Source: the human T2T-CHM13v2.0 reference genome, Homo sapiens
DNA length: 64,000 bases
NCBI RefSeq assembly: GCF_009914755.1
Contig: NC_060928.1
Reading direction: 5' to 3' (one strand)
Below the pieces are notes generated by a model. It was not told the origin of the DNA and did not search any database. It saw nothing but the letters and a program-made list of their open reading frames with translations. Positions 1 through 13,048 of this stretch are shown here, one piece after another. How positions within the stretch are numbered: the first letter of the stretch is position 1; each line of letters begins with the position of its first letter. Position numbers and translations under genes: made by a program.

Positions 1-154
1 GCTAAGCAGGTCAGTGTCAGGCTCTGTACCAGCCTCTTTGCCCTTGGTCCACTCCTATGCCCTCTCCAGCACTCTGACAAGAGACAGCAGGACTATAGTA
101 ACAATGGATTCAAGTTCAGCATCCCAAATTAAACTCAGGGCTTAAGAAATAGAT

Positions 155-3100
155 GGAGAGGTGGAGCAAGATGGCAGAATAGAAGGCTACACCAAGCATC
201 CCCTCCCTACCCCCTCTCGTCTCCTGCCACAAAGCCACCAATTTAACAACTATCAACACAGAAAAAAAACACCTTCCTAAGAACCAAAAATCAGATGAGC
301 CCTCGTAGTACCTGGTTTTATAACTTCATATTGCTGAAAGATTCACTGAAAAAATAGAAAAAACACTCCTGAATTTCAAATGCCATCCCTTCCCCAGCCA
401 AGGCAACAACAGTGGCATGGTGCAGAGAGCTTCTCTGGGCACTGGGGGAGGGATAACGCGGCAATTGTGAGGCATTGAACTCAGTGCCGTTCTGTTGGAG
501 CAAAAAGGAAAAGCAGACCAAACTCAACTGATGCCCATGCACAGAGGGAACATTTAAACCAGCCCTAGCTAGAGGAGAATCATGAATCCCAGCAGTTAGA
601 ACTTGAGTACCTACAAACCTTGCCACAGAGGGCTACAGCACTCTCTGTCTTCAAGTAAATTTGAAAGGCAATCTAGGCCATAAGGACTGCAAATCTTAGT
701 TGGGTCCTAGTGCTGAACGAGGCCCAAAGACAGGAGACTGGCGGGACATGCAACATACTGAGACAACAGCTATGGCAGCCAAGGGAGTGCTGCCATCTCT
801 CCTCGTCTACACCCAGGCTGCACAGCTCATGGCTTCAGAAAAGACCTCTTCCTTCTGCTTGAAGAGAGAAAAGGAAAGAGTGGGGAGGACTTTGTCTTGC
901 ATCTTGGATACCAGCTCAGCCACAGCAAGACAGGACACTGATAAAAGTCATGAGGCCTCCATTCCAGGCCCTCTAGGTCTCAGATGACATTTCTAGACAC
1001 ACCTTGGGCCAGAAAGGAGCCTACTGCTTTGAAGGAAAGGACACAGTGTCTCCAGCAGTCATTACCTGCTAATTGAAGAGTCCTTGCACCCTGAATAACC
1101 AGCAGTGATACCCAGGTAGTACATCAAGGGCCTTGGATGAGCCTCTGAGACTTGCTGTCTTCAGGTGAGACTCAGCACATTACCCACTAGGTTGGCTACA
1201 GGGCAAAACTCATTCTGCTTGAGAAAAGCAGAGGGAAAAGTAAAGGAAATTTTGTCTAGCACCTTAGGTACCAGCATGGCCACAGAGGGGTAGGACACTG
1301 AGGGGGTTCAAATATAATCTTATATTTGAAAAAACCTAAAGACTCTGCAAGAAAACTATTAAAACTGATAACAAATTTAGTAAAGTTGTAGGATGCAAAA
1401 TCAACATACAAAAATCAGTATCATTTTTAAATGCCAACAGTGTACAATGTGAAAATGAAATAACAAAGTAATCCCATTTACAATAGCCACATATAAAATT
1501 AAATACTTAGGAATTAACCAAGGAGTGAAAGATCACCATAATGAAAACTGTGAAACACTGATGAAAGAAATTGAAGAGGACACCAAAAAATGGAAAAATA
1601 TTCCATGTTTGTGGATTGGAAAAATCAATATTGTTAAAATATCTATACTACCCAAAGCAATCTACAAATTCAATGCAATCCCTGTAAAAATACCAATGAC
1701 ATTCTTCACAGAAATAGAAAAAAAAGTCCTAAAATTTATGTGAAACCACAGAAGACCCAGAATAGCCAAAGCTCTCCTAAGCAAAAAGAACTAAGCTGGA
1801 GGAATCATACTACCTGACTTCAAATTATCCTACAGAGCTATAGTAACCAAAACAGCATGGTACTGGCATAAAAACAGACATGTAGACCAATGGAACAGAA
1901 TAGAGAACCCAAAAACAAATCCACACACTTAATGTGAGCTCATTTTTGATGAAGGTGCCAAGAACATACACTGGAGAAAATACTGTCTCCTCAATAAATG
2001 ATGTTGGGAAAACTGGATATACAGATACAAAGAATGAAACTTGACCTTTTTCTATCACCATTTACAAAATCAAATCAAAATGGACTAAAGACAAATCTAA
2101 GACCTCAAACTATGAAACTGCTACAAGAAAACATTGAGGAAAATCTCCAGGACATTGGTTGGTCTGGACAAAAAATTTCTTAAGCAGTACCCCACAAGCA
2201 CAGCCAACCAAAGCAAAAATGAACAAATGGCATCACATCAAGTTAAAAAACTTCTGCACAGCAAAGTAAGCAACCAATAAAGTGAAGAAATGAGCCACAA
2301 AATGGGAGAAAATATTTGCGAACTACCCATCTGAGAAAGGATTAATAACCAGAACATATAAGGAGCTCAAACAACTCTATAGGAAAAAAAATTTAGTAAT
2401 CTGATTTTTAAAAAATGGGCAAAACATTTGAATAGCCATTTCTCAAAAGAGGACATACAAATGGAAAAAAGACATATGAAAAGGTGATCATCAGAGAAAT
2501 GCAAATAAAAACTACAGTGAAGGGAATGTAAATTAGTACAACCACTATGGAGAACAGTTTGGAGGTTCCTCAGAAAACTAAAAATTGAGGTATGATATTA
2601 TCCAGCAATCCCACTGTTGATATATACCCAAAAGAAAGGAAATAAGTGTATCAAAGAGATTCCTGCACTCCTAAGTTTGTTGTAGCACTGTTGACAAGAG
2701 CTAAGATTTGGAAGCAAACTTAGTGTCCATCAACAAATGACAGGATAAAGAAAATGTGGCACATATATACAATGTGGTATTATTCAGCCATAAGAAAGAA
2801 TGAAATCCAGTCATTTGTAACAACATGGATGGAATTGGAGATTATTAAGTGAAATAAGCCAGACACAGAAAGACAAACCTTGCATGTTCTCACTTATTTG
2901 TGGGATCTAAAAATCAAAACAATTGAACTGATGAACGTAGAGAGTAGAAGGATGGTTCCTAGAAGTTGGGAAATAAAGTGGTGGGATTGCGGGGAGGTGG
3001 GGATGAATAATACATACAAAACAACAGTTAGAAAGAATGAATAAGACCTACTATTTGATAGCACAACAGAGTGACTATAGTCAATAATAACTTAATTGTA

Positions 3101-3294
3101 CATTTTTAAATAACTTAAGGCATGCAATTATATTATTTGTAACTCAAAGGACAAATGCTTGAGGGAACGGATACCCCATTCTCCATGATATGTTCATTTC
3201 ACATTGCATGTCTGTATCAAAACATCTCATGCACCCCGTAAATATATATACCTAGTATGTCCCACAAAAATTAAAAATAAAAATAAATTTAAAA
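155..3294 (+). mobile_element. L1MA1/L1MA2-type LINE-1 with 5'UTR fused directly to the 3' part of ORF2 (large internal deletion)
   Basis: Starts with an L1 5' end carrying a YY1-like CAAGATGGC (167-175). From ~1310 it is ORF2 (ORF 1525-1743 ...[33 protein letters not shown]). It ends in an L1MA-type 3'UTR and A-rich tail. Exact TSD AAGAAATAGAT at 144-154 and 3295-3305. Confidence 0.92.
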
Positions 3295-3381
3295 AAGAAA
3301 TAGATTTCAGACTTTTGAATAATTTGGGAATGCTATGAAAAACTAAAGCCAAAAAAATTGCAATAGTATGTAAAGATTAAA

Positions 3382-3930
3382 TCATCATTCATTCAGCAAA
3401 TATCTGTTGAATACCAATTATGACCTCATTAACTGGACTCTAAGGAAGTAAGTATGAAACAATGAACAGGGCAGACATACACCTTTCTTATTTAAGTAAC
3501 AATATGTAACTATTTAATTAAAATATAGAAATATAGTTATAAACAATTGTTAAAAATTATTTAATTACAGTTGTGATGAGTTATTAGAGAAATGTATATT
3601 ATGCAATGAAACTATATAACAAGGGAAATCAATTCTAGTAATTGAGACTTCTCTGAGGAATAGATATTAAATCCAGACCCAGAGGATGATTGAGTCTTAA
3701 ACAGGCAACGGGAGAGAGTTGGGAAATTGTGAAGGACTTGAAACAGCAAAATCTCATTGCACTCAAGGCAGAGAAAAATAGGTCATTGTGGCTACAGAGA
3801 AATGAGCAGGAGGGTGGTAGCACAATATGAGATCAGAAAGACTAGCATGAGCCAGGTCATGTAACCTGCCTTGAGCTTTATATTAAGGGCCAAGAGATTT
3901 CAGAAAAGCCTTCTAGGCAGGGGAGTGAGT
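3382..3930 (-). mobile_element. L2 LINE fragment
   Basis: Begins TCATCATTCATTCAGCAAATATCTGTTGAAT, the reverse complement of the L2 3' terminus, followed by purine-rich L2-like sequence. Confidence 0.6.
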
Positions 3931-4364
3931 TGCTGGTGTTGTGAGAAGGGAAACACTTCTTTACCATAATCCTTAGCAAAAAGAGGTAAACAAATGAAAC
4001 TAACAAGGCTGTTCCTTATGGGAGAAGTTGCTGAAAGAAAACTAGACTGTAAATCACAGACATCTGTTCATGGGGGAGCCTGGGGAAAGCAATTAAGTAT
4101 AGACTGGTGGTTTAGAGAAGAGAAGAAGTGCAGCGAAGGCCAAAGAGAGGGTAGGCTACCTTGGACTCTAGGCAACTCTCTGTGAAAACACACATCTTCA
4201 GTAAAACTACAAAAATGAGAATAAGTTTAATGGGACTAGATTTCTCGTGAAAGGTGCAAGAGGTGTATTTTCCACCAAGTTCACTGAGAAGATGCACTAC
4301 AAATAGCTCACAAAGATCCATGAATAGAAAAGGAAGGAAGCTTGAGGAAATCAGGTCAGTAATT

Positions 4365-4595
4365 ACAACAGCTACCATTTAATTAGCAGTTTCTATGTGA
4401 CAGGCTGTGCTGAGCTACTTACTTGCATGTCTTCATCTTATCCTCACAGAGTTTGTGGGCCATAGTATAGTTATCTTCATTTATCAGAAATGGAGGTTTA
4501 GAAAGGTTAAGTAATTTGCAGAGATCACAAATATTAGGTGGCAAAGCCAGTTTGAATACAGGCAACCTAACTTTGGAGCTCAGCTTTTAACCAGT
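4365..4595 (-). mobile_element. MIR SINE
   Basis: Reverse MIR core: ...AGAAATGGAGGTTTAGAAAGGTTAAGTAATTTGCAGAGATCACA...GGCAAAGCCAGTTTGAA. Confidence 0.75.
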
Positions 4596-5845
4596 ATAGT
4601 AATTTCACTGGGATTGTGTAGAGGACATTCGAGTCATCCATATTTTGAAGTTTTCAGTAATATCTAAATCTTCAAAAAGAGAGAAGCCCCTAAGGAATAT
4701 TCTATATACTTTCATTCATTTGTTTATCCAGCATATCTTAACAGTCTATTATATGTTCATTATTGTTCTAGGCACTAGGGACAAAATGGTGAGCACCAGC
4801 AAAGTTCTTCTCATGAGGCTGGCAATATTCATGAGAAGTTTGGTTGGATTGGGGCTGGAAAAAGATATTAATCAAGTATGCACAGTAATTGTCCATTTTA
4901 AACTCTATTTGATATGCTATGACAAAATATTATTTGAAAATTTGATTTAGTAGAATTTGTATAAGTGAAAGATTTTATCCAGTTAGGAAGATATGTCAGG
5001 GCTTTCCTGGAAAAGTGACAATTACATTTCAATTTGAAGGATATTCAAGAGTTAACAAGTCAAAGTAACTGGGGCTGAAAGGAAACGGGGATGACCACTC
5101 CAGACAGGAAGAAAACCCACAAAGGTCTTGTGGCAAGAAGTAACACGGAAGGGACAAGGTACAGAAGGGAGGCCAATGTGTCTGGAAAGTTAGTGCAATG
5201 ACAGACACACAGGGTGAGATAAGGCTGCAAAGGAAGTTGAGGAGGATGAGGTAAGGGTTTGTGGGCTATGTTAAGAATATAAGCCTCTATGATAAGAGCA
5301 TAGGAACAGATTTGCGTTTTGACAAGATCACCCAGTCTCCTGTATTGAGAATGGATTTGACCGAGGTAAGAGCAAATGTGGGAGTCTAGTAAAAAAGTTA
5401 CTGAAAAATTCCAGGCACAAAATGATAGAAAACTTGAACTAGAGTGAAGGTAGTACATATGAAGAGAAATGAATAAATTAGGGGGAAACTTGGAAGGTAA
5501 TATTGAGAGCACTTGGTGAAGGATTCAATTAAGGATTGAGGAAGAGTGAAATGTTGCTAAGTTTCTGCCTTACAAAATTCAGAGAATAGCAGTGTCATTT
5601 ACAGTGGTAAAGAACAAAAAAACTGACAAGGTTTCAGGAGGAGCTCATAAGTTTGGCTTTGCAGATGTTGAGGTTTAGGCTCTCTTGAGCTATTCAAGAA
5701 GAGATGCAAATAGGCACCTGCATTCTATCTGAAAGTAAGTGGAAAAGTATGTGCTGGAGATGCAAGCTTAGTATACCTTGTGTATACATTGTCATTTAAA
5801 GTAATAGGATGGATAAAATTGCCCAGAGAAAAAGGGCATAGAAGA

Positions 5846-6173
5846 CAGTTATCCTTTGGTATTCACAGAAAATTGATCCCAGGTCCCCCTCCATGGATAC
5901 CAAAATCCACAGATGTTCGAGTCTCTGATATAAAAAGGCATAGTATTTGCATAGAACTCATGCACATCCTCCTGTATACTTCAATTCTATATTGCTTATA
6001 ATACATAATACAATGTAAATGCTAGGTAAAACATTGTTACACTGTATTGTTATTTATTTGTATTATTTTTAATTATTGTATTATTACTTTATATTGCTTT
6101 TGTATGTGTGGAATATTTTTAATGTGTGGTTGAATCCACAGATGTGGAATCTGCAGATATGGAGGGCTAACAG
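5846..6173 (+). mobile_element. MER2-like TcMar-Tigger non-autonomous DNA transposon
   Basis: CAGTTATCCTTTGGTATTC...GGATACCAAAATCCACAGATG...GATATGGAGGGCTAACAG followed by TA; degenerate terminal inverted repeats. Confidence 0.82.
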
Positions 6174-6802
6174 TAATCCCAACATTTAATTGCTGGGTAA
6201 AGAATGAGGAATCTACTACACAGACAAAAGGAAAATCCAAAAAGATGAGGTTAAAATCTCTTGACAGAGAAAAGGAAAGAAAATGTCTCAAGAAGAGTGG
6301 AGACACCCATACTATCGAATGCTATTACAAGGCTAAGTAACATGAGACCTTTAAGTTTCTCTTTGGATTTAGCCACATGGAGGTTGTGGCGTGATGGCAG
6401 GCTGTTCCAAACAGGTGATGTGAGCAAAAGTCATACGGGATGGGTTGATGCATGATTAGAAGATTGAGGACTAACCTGAGGAAATGTAGATTTCAAGAAT
6501 AAGAGAACATTTTTGAGAAGTTTATCTGGAAAGTATAGGAAAAGATGAAGAAAGGATTTCTGGGACATGGAAACTCTTTTGGAGTGGATCAGTCATGAAT
6601 AGGAGATGGGAAACTGAGATAGGGATGGGAGTCAAAGATAATTCTCAAATGTCTTGTGTGAATGATCAAATGAGTTACAGGGTTGTCTATGAAAAAAAGA
6701 AACTACAGGAGTTGCTGCTTTGTGGGGTAGAATATGGATTAAAGTTTGAGCATGTTGAGTTTGGGGTGTCTATAAAAACACCAAATAAAAATAGTCTGTC
6801 AA

Positions 6803-7134
6803 GGCCAGGCATAGTAGCTGACATCTGTAATCCCAACATTTTGGAAGGCTGAGGCAGTAGGATCACTTGAGCCCAGGAGTTCTAGACCTGCCTGGGCAAC
6901 ATAGGCTGCAAAACCCTGTATATGCAAGACCCTGCAAAACCCTGTATTTATTTAAATATTATTTAAAAATTACCCAGGTGTGGGGTGTGCACCTGTGGTT
7001 CCATCATCTCAGGAGGCTGGGATGGGAGGGTCACATGAGCCCAGGAGGTCAAGACTGTATTGAGCTGTGATCACACTGCCACTGGACTCCAGCCTGGGAG
7101 ACAGAGCAAGAACCTGTCTCAAAAAAAAAAAAAA
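6803..7134 (+). mobile_element. AluJ-like SINE
   Basis: Dimeric Alu with GGATCACTTGAGCCCAGGAG (J-type), poly-A tail and high divergence. Confidence 0.92.
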
Positions 7135-7681
7135 GCCTACCAACAGATGGAATGGGGCTCAGAAGAAAAGGTGAGGTCAAAGATTTTAGTGGGGGCAGCT
7201 CTAGATTATACTTGGCAGTTAAAGCCATGGAATAGATAAGATATCAAAGAAGAGCATGTACAGAGAGAAGTAAAGAAAGACTAAGTCCAGCCTGGAGGAT
7301 CCCTATCACTTAAAAAAATCACAGTATGGGACAATACATAAAAACAGCAAGCAGAAAGATAGGAGGAAAATCAGAAGTTTCTGTCTTGAAAGACAAAGAC
7401 AGAAATTGCCTAGGGAAGAAAATTGTCAATTTACATCAAATGATTCTGAAAAGTCAAATAAGATGAGGATTAAAAAGTGTTATTGGATGTAGGGCCATGA
7501 AGATCATTGATCACTGTACTGGAAGCTATGGAATAAAGGGTTAGAGTTAGTGTGGGAAGCAAATTTTAGAGTTAACAGGATATAAAGATGAAGAAACATT
7601 ATGTAGACAATCCTTTCAAGAAGCTTGAAAAGAGTTGAAGAGGTAGTAGTAAAACTGAGAAGGCTATAGGGCTGTAGCAGC

Positions 7682-8345
7682 TGTAGGTACTATCAGTTAG
7701 TTGTACATATTATGTGGCTCTTCATATTCCTGTGGCACCACCTGCCTCCCAGACCATTGGCCCCAGTGCAGGACAACCAATTGTGTTTGGCCAACACAGG
7801 TTCACATCTGGGTTCAACTTGCCCTGGGAACACCGAGCCCTCCATTGTGTCTACTTTTTATGCAGCCAAGCTGACAAGCTGCACCCCTCAATTTTTTGGC
7901 TTCTCTTGCCATTTCTGAGCTTGGAGGAATCATAACCACACTGACAGAGTCCAGTGTGGAATCTGACATCCAACAGTACCAGACCACAAAATTCGAAACA
8001 GGGGAGAAGTGAACTCCTCGAGGGCTACACACTGCTCAATAGAAAACAAGAGCTAGCAGGGAGTTAGGCAAATCAATTTCCTCACCTTTCTTTCTGCCTG
8101 GGACTACTAGGGTCACATTTTCTTCTTGCAGCCTGCCTGGAAAAAATTGCAAATGTCAAGCAATTACATCTGTTGAGCAACTGATGTACACCTTAGAGCT
8201 TTCATGAGAAGGGGTAGCTATTTGGTAACATCTCATTTAGTATTGCTTTACATTCTTCCTTTTCTCATTTTTTCCCTCTTAAACAAGACATCAACACTTT
8301 CATCTTGGTATGAGGCTTTCTAGTTTATAGTAAACCTGAGGTAAA
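7682..8345 (+). mobile_element. ERVL-type solo LTR (LTR16-like)
   Basis: GGGAGTTAGGCAAATCAATTTCCTCACCTTTCTT and the terminal AGGCTTTCTAG...AAACCTGAGGTAA resemble LTR16-family consensus segments (from memory). Confidence 0.5.
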
Positions 8346-8554
8346 AAAAGGTGGATTCAGGGAGCCCTTTTTTCTTTTTCTTAAAGCGGGGAAGAGGTGA
8401 GCATGTCCAATTACTGATGAGAAGAATCTAGTTAGGAGGAAATGTTAGGAGGAATCTAGTTAGGATGCAGGAGAAGGGGAGAATTATCACTGGGGTAAGG
8501 TTTTCAAGTAAGGAGGAGGCAGAGGCTCCCTAGCATGCGTGGAAAGTAAAACTA

Positions 8555-8770
8555 GTTTTTCTGAGCTTTAATTATGTGCCAGGATCTCTTCACAATGATG
8601 GAAATTTTTTCTTCATTTTGGTCCTCACACCATCTTCTGAAGTAATTCTTACCGTTGTCTTCATGTTGCAGATGAAGAAACTGAGACACAAAACTTCTAA
8701 GGAATTTTCCCAAGTCACACAATTTAGGTGGAAGAGAAATTATTATACATCAAGCTTCTGTTTCTAGAGC
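8555..8770 (-). mobile_element. MIR SINE
   Basis: CAGATGAAGAAACTGAGACACA...CCCAAGTCACACA MIR core. Confidence 0.75.
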
Positions 8771-8999
8771 AAATATTCTCACTCAGTATATTTTACTGTC
8801 TATCTTTCATTAAAGAGGATAATTTATTCTATCGTGATAAGAGGAAAGGAAGAGAGGTTGAATGCAGTTGCAGATTTGAAGATGTTCAGTTTGCGGTGGA
8901 CTGTACTAGCAGTGAAGAGTAATTGGAAGAAGGGCATTTTGGGAATTTGGCAACAGTAAGAAAAATTGGAAATCATTTCATGTATAGCCTAAGTTCTTG

Positions 9000-9664
9000 T
9001 AATATCCTGCCACCCATTCATATTGCTTCTGCCCTTGTCTTTCTCCAATCTATTCTCAACACAGTAGTAGACTGATTCCATTAAATTCGAGTCAGATCAT
9101 ATCACTGTGCTCAGACACACCAATGACTTCACATCTTGCTCAGTAAGAACCAAACAATTCTTATTAAGACCTGCATGGCACTACACTATTCAATTCTGTC
9201 CCTATCTGCCTCCTCTTTGAGCTCGTCTACTTCTCTTCCCCTTGTTTACTCAGCTCCAAACTTCCATGAAAACACCGCTCATGATCTCAGTGCTGTTGCA
9301 CCTACTACTTCCTCTGCCTGGGATAGAGGACTCTTTCTCAAGACACCCAGGAGGCTGGTTTCTACAGCTCTTTCAGGTTTGCTCAAAAGTTGCCTCTTAG
9401 AGAAGCCTTTTCTGGCCACACTCAACTGCCCTACCAATATTTTCTATCTCCTTCTCTTCTATACTATTTTCTTCTTAGCACTTATAATTACCTATCATAT
9501 ATACTTTAATTTTTTGTCTTATTGTCTGTCTTTCCCACTAGAATGTAAAGCTCCTCAAGGAAAGAGCTTCTAATCTATTTTTTTTTTTTCAGTAAGATGT
9601 CCTTAGCAGCTAGCATAATGCCTGGCTCATACTACCTTAGTAAATACTTGTTGAATGAATGAAT
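9000..9664 (+). mobile_element. L2 LINE 3' part
   Basis: Ends CCCACTAGAATGTAAAGCTCC...TGCCTGGCTCATA...TAAATACTTGTTGAATGAATGAAT, the canonical L2 3' terminus. Confidence 0.82.
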
Positions 9665-10467
9665 AATTGTGGAGAGTGGGACAGCCAGGTGCCTGGTAAT
9701 ATGTGCTAAGATATTTAGGCAACACAAGACATTAGGTTGAGGGTAGTGACCAGGAATATGTAGTTTTCTGCTTTCACATTTCTCATTTGCTAGAGTACAG
9801 ATATGAGGTGGGGTGTTTTTTACACCAGAATTTTTTCTAGACATGTATTTTCTGTCTTGTGTTCTACCTTAGACAAAAGCTTGGACTTCTTTTTATGTCT
9901 TATGAATCTTTAGACAGACAAAAACTAATGATAAGCCACTTTTAGAGGGATTTAAAAAATTCACATGGGCATTATTGTTATATATATGAGATATATTTTG
10001 AACAAAAGAAATTGTTTTTGTATCAACAACATGAACGTAAATTCAGACCTTAACTTATATATCTGTTTTTTTTTTCACTTAGGAAAAACTTGTTATTTGT
10101 TGAGAGACATGTGAATTTGCAGCTTTAGATGTTCTATTCAGGCAGCATTTAAGTTTGGAGGGTCAACAGATCAGACTTGGAGTCCTGATATGTAAGTTAG
10201 TACATTTCCATCTAATTTTCCACTCCCAAGAAATGGAAAAGTTTGAGTCATTAAGTGATAAGAAGCTTCCTAATTGAGACAAACAAGTTTTCTATTGCAG
10301 CATAGAAAGTTAGACCTAGCTATAATTGAGAAGACCAAAGATAAAGGAGAAATTCTTATGAGAACTTAAGGAAAGTCACATGATCTTCAACAGGTTAATG
10401 GCATTCACACAGGAACAGTGTTGGGTTTTTTTCTCTCTTTTTTTTTTTTTTCGAATTTTCTGAGCAC

Positions 10468-10610
10468 AGGAATTCCTGAAGTGTTTGCTAAATGCAGAAT
10501 CCCCCAGGTTTAATGTACGAGCATCTGTAAAGCTAAAGCCCTAGAATTTTACATTTTAATAAGCACCACAGCTGATTCCATTGTAAGCCGTTGATAAACC
10601 AAACATGGAC
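10468..10610. mobile_element. MER5-like hAT-Charlie fragment
   Basis: TTGCTAAATGCAGAATCCC...TACATTTTAATAAGCACCACAGCTGATTC. Confidence 0.55.
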
Positions 10611-11384
10611 AAAGATTATTGTATAACATATCCTGTAATAAAAAAAAAAAACATTGGCCACTAAGTTAACCAAATTAGTGAAAGGTAGACACTAAAGCTC
10701 CTACATGTTACTAAAGCAGGAAACTCTATGGACTCTTTCAGTCTTTTCGCTTTTGTTGTAAACAAAGGTATGAACCGTTGCTTGGTTATTCATTTTAAAT
10801 TTGTTTAATTGAATTGAAATGGCAATTAGAAGAGCGAATGATGCCCGGTAAAGCCGGGCAGGCTGAGGTCTAATAAAAGCTAACAGCTGAGAGTCTGTCA
10901 GGGAATAAAGAAAACAACAATTTCCAAAAGCACACAAGAGTGCAGAAAGCACTGCAGTCTAGGACCTGCTTAGGCAGGGATACACAGATCTCAATCTCTC
11001 CAGAGGGCATTCCTGCATTACTGCCTTATAATGTCCCTGAGTTAATAACAAAAGATTCCATCATTCTTAGTACTCTCTGTTTAAGATTTCAGGGAGGCAC
11101 AGTGAGTCTTCCAAAGACTTAGATGCAGAAAAATAATATTAAATATATATTAGAGTTAATTTCAGTTACTTGGAAAATTAACAGAAGTGGAAAAGTTTAT
11201 TCCACAGGGAAATGAAATACATACTTTCTGTGTGGACAGTGGTTAAATAACCCACTTCTGTTGGACTTGTGGTCTCATGGGTGGTAACATCATTTTTCCT
11301 TTAGGTGTCAGAAATTGGGGAAGATTACTGCCTGAGACAGCACAGGGCAGCGACAGTGAGAGATGAAGGCAACATCAGTGTGCG

Positions 11385-11548
11385 CCAGAGTTTTGCAACT
11401 CCACACGCAGTCCATCATGGACCAACAACTGCAGCATCACCTAGGAGCTGTTAGAAGTACAGACTCTCAGATCCCACCCCAGATTCCTGAGTTGGAATCT
11501 GTAATTTGATAAGATTCTCAGGTACATTAAAGTTCGAAAAGTGGCATG
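11385..11548. mobile_element. MER5A-like hAT-Charlie element
   Basis: CAGCATCACCTAGGAGCTGTTAGAAGTACAGACTCTCAGATCCCACCCCAGA...TTAAAGTTCGAAAAG. Confidence 0.7.
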
Positions 11549-12582
11549 TTAGTGAACTGAGATTTCTATGTCAAGGGATGTACTTGGTGTTGAAGAGCTG
11601 AGTTCAGAGTTCAGAGAGCAGGTGTTCAAAAGCAAGTTCAAGTCATACAAAAGAGCCAAGAATAACCCAAGAGCTTCCACATATCTCTGTAAACAGGGTT
11701 AGAGGTTGTCAGGGTCACAGGCAGGACAGATACCTTGCACATTTTTTTCTTAAGAAATCTCGATTATCAATCTCAAATTTTCTTTAAAGTGTTTTTTACT
11801 ATAACACAAATATTGAAACACAAATATGTGTACAAATTAATGCATTTTAATACTGTTTTACTGAGGTAAAATTTACATGTAATAAAATGCATAACTTTTG
11901 AAGAATGTGTTGTGTATATCAGATAATTGCTACTCTGATTGAAATATAAAACATGTTCATCACCCCAGAAATCTCTCTCTTATCCTCTCAAATTAATTTT
12001 TAGCCCCTAGGCAACTGCTGTTTTAATTTCTATCACTATAGATAGTTTTGCTTATTCCTGAACTTAATACAAATAGAAGCAAACATTATATACTTTTTTT
12101 GCATCTAGATCCTTTTCCTTGACATAATGCTTTTGAGATTAACCTTATACTATTGTACATATCAATAATTTGCTGCCTTTTACTAGTGACTAGTGTGGTA
12201 TGAATATACCACAATTTGTTCATTCTCCTGTTGATGGACGTTTGGGTTGTTCATAGTTTTTTGCTATTATGAATAAGGCAGCTATAAAAAGAATATTCTT
12301 ATACAAGCCTTTTGTGGGCAGTGCTTCATTTCTCTTAGCTAAATATCTAGGTTTAGAATTGCTGTTAACTTTCTGAGAAATTAGTAGTTTTCCAAAGCAG
12401 TTGTACCATGTTATGGTCTCACCAGCTGCATGTGTTTGCTAGAATTTCATTTGCTCCACATCCTTGCTAGCATTTAGTGTGGTGTTATCAGTCTTTTTAA
12501 TTTTAACTATGTGAAATGGCTATGAAATGGTATGCTTGTGAAATGATGCATTTCCCTGCTTAAGAATAATGCCAAACACCTT

Positions 12583-12616
12583 TGTGTGTGTGTGTGTGTA
12601 TGTGTGTGTGTGTGTG
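12583..12616. repeat. (TG)n microsatellite
   Basis: Direct reading; one interruption. Confidence 0.95.
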
Positions 12617-12702
12617 CTTATTCCTCTATATATCTTCTTTAGTGAAGAATCTGTTCAAGTTTGTGGCAGACGTATTTGCCAAAATAATGATAATGAAAAT
12701 AG

Positions 12703-13048
<346 letters not shown>

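Larger units (their letters stand above)
4710..7680 (-). mobile_element. L2 LINE, fragmented and interrupted by MER2 and AluJ
   Basis: L2 3' end (TTCATTCATTTGTTTATCCAGCATAT...TTCTAGGCACTAGGGAC) followed by typical antisense L2 motifs such as CATGTTGAGTTTGGGGTGTCT. It may be more than one L2 copy. Confidence 0.65.

Noticed and set aside
8423-8465. GAATCTAGTTAGGA repeated twice
   Set aside because: A small slippage-type duplication in degraded repeat sequence with no functional cue.
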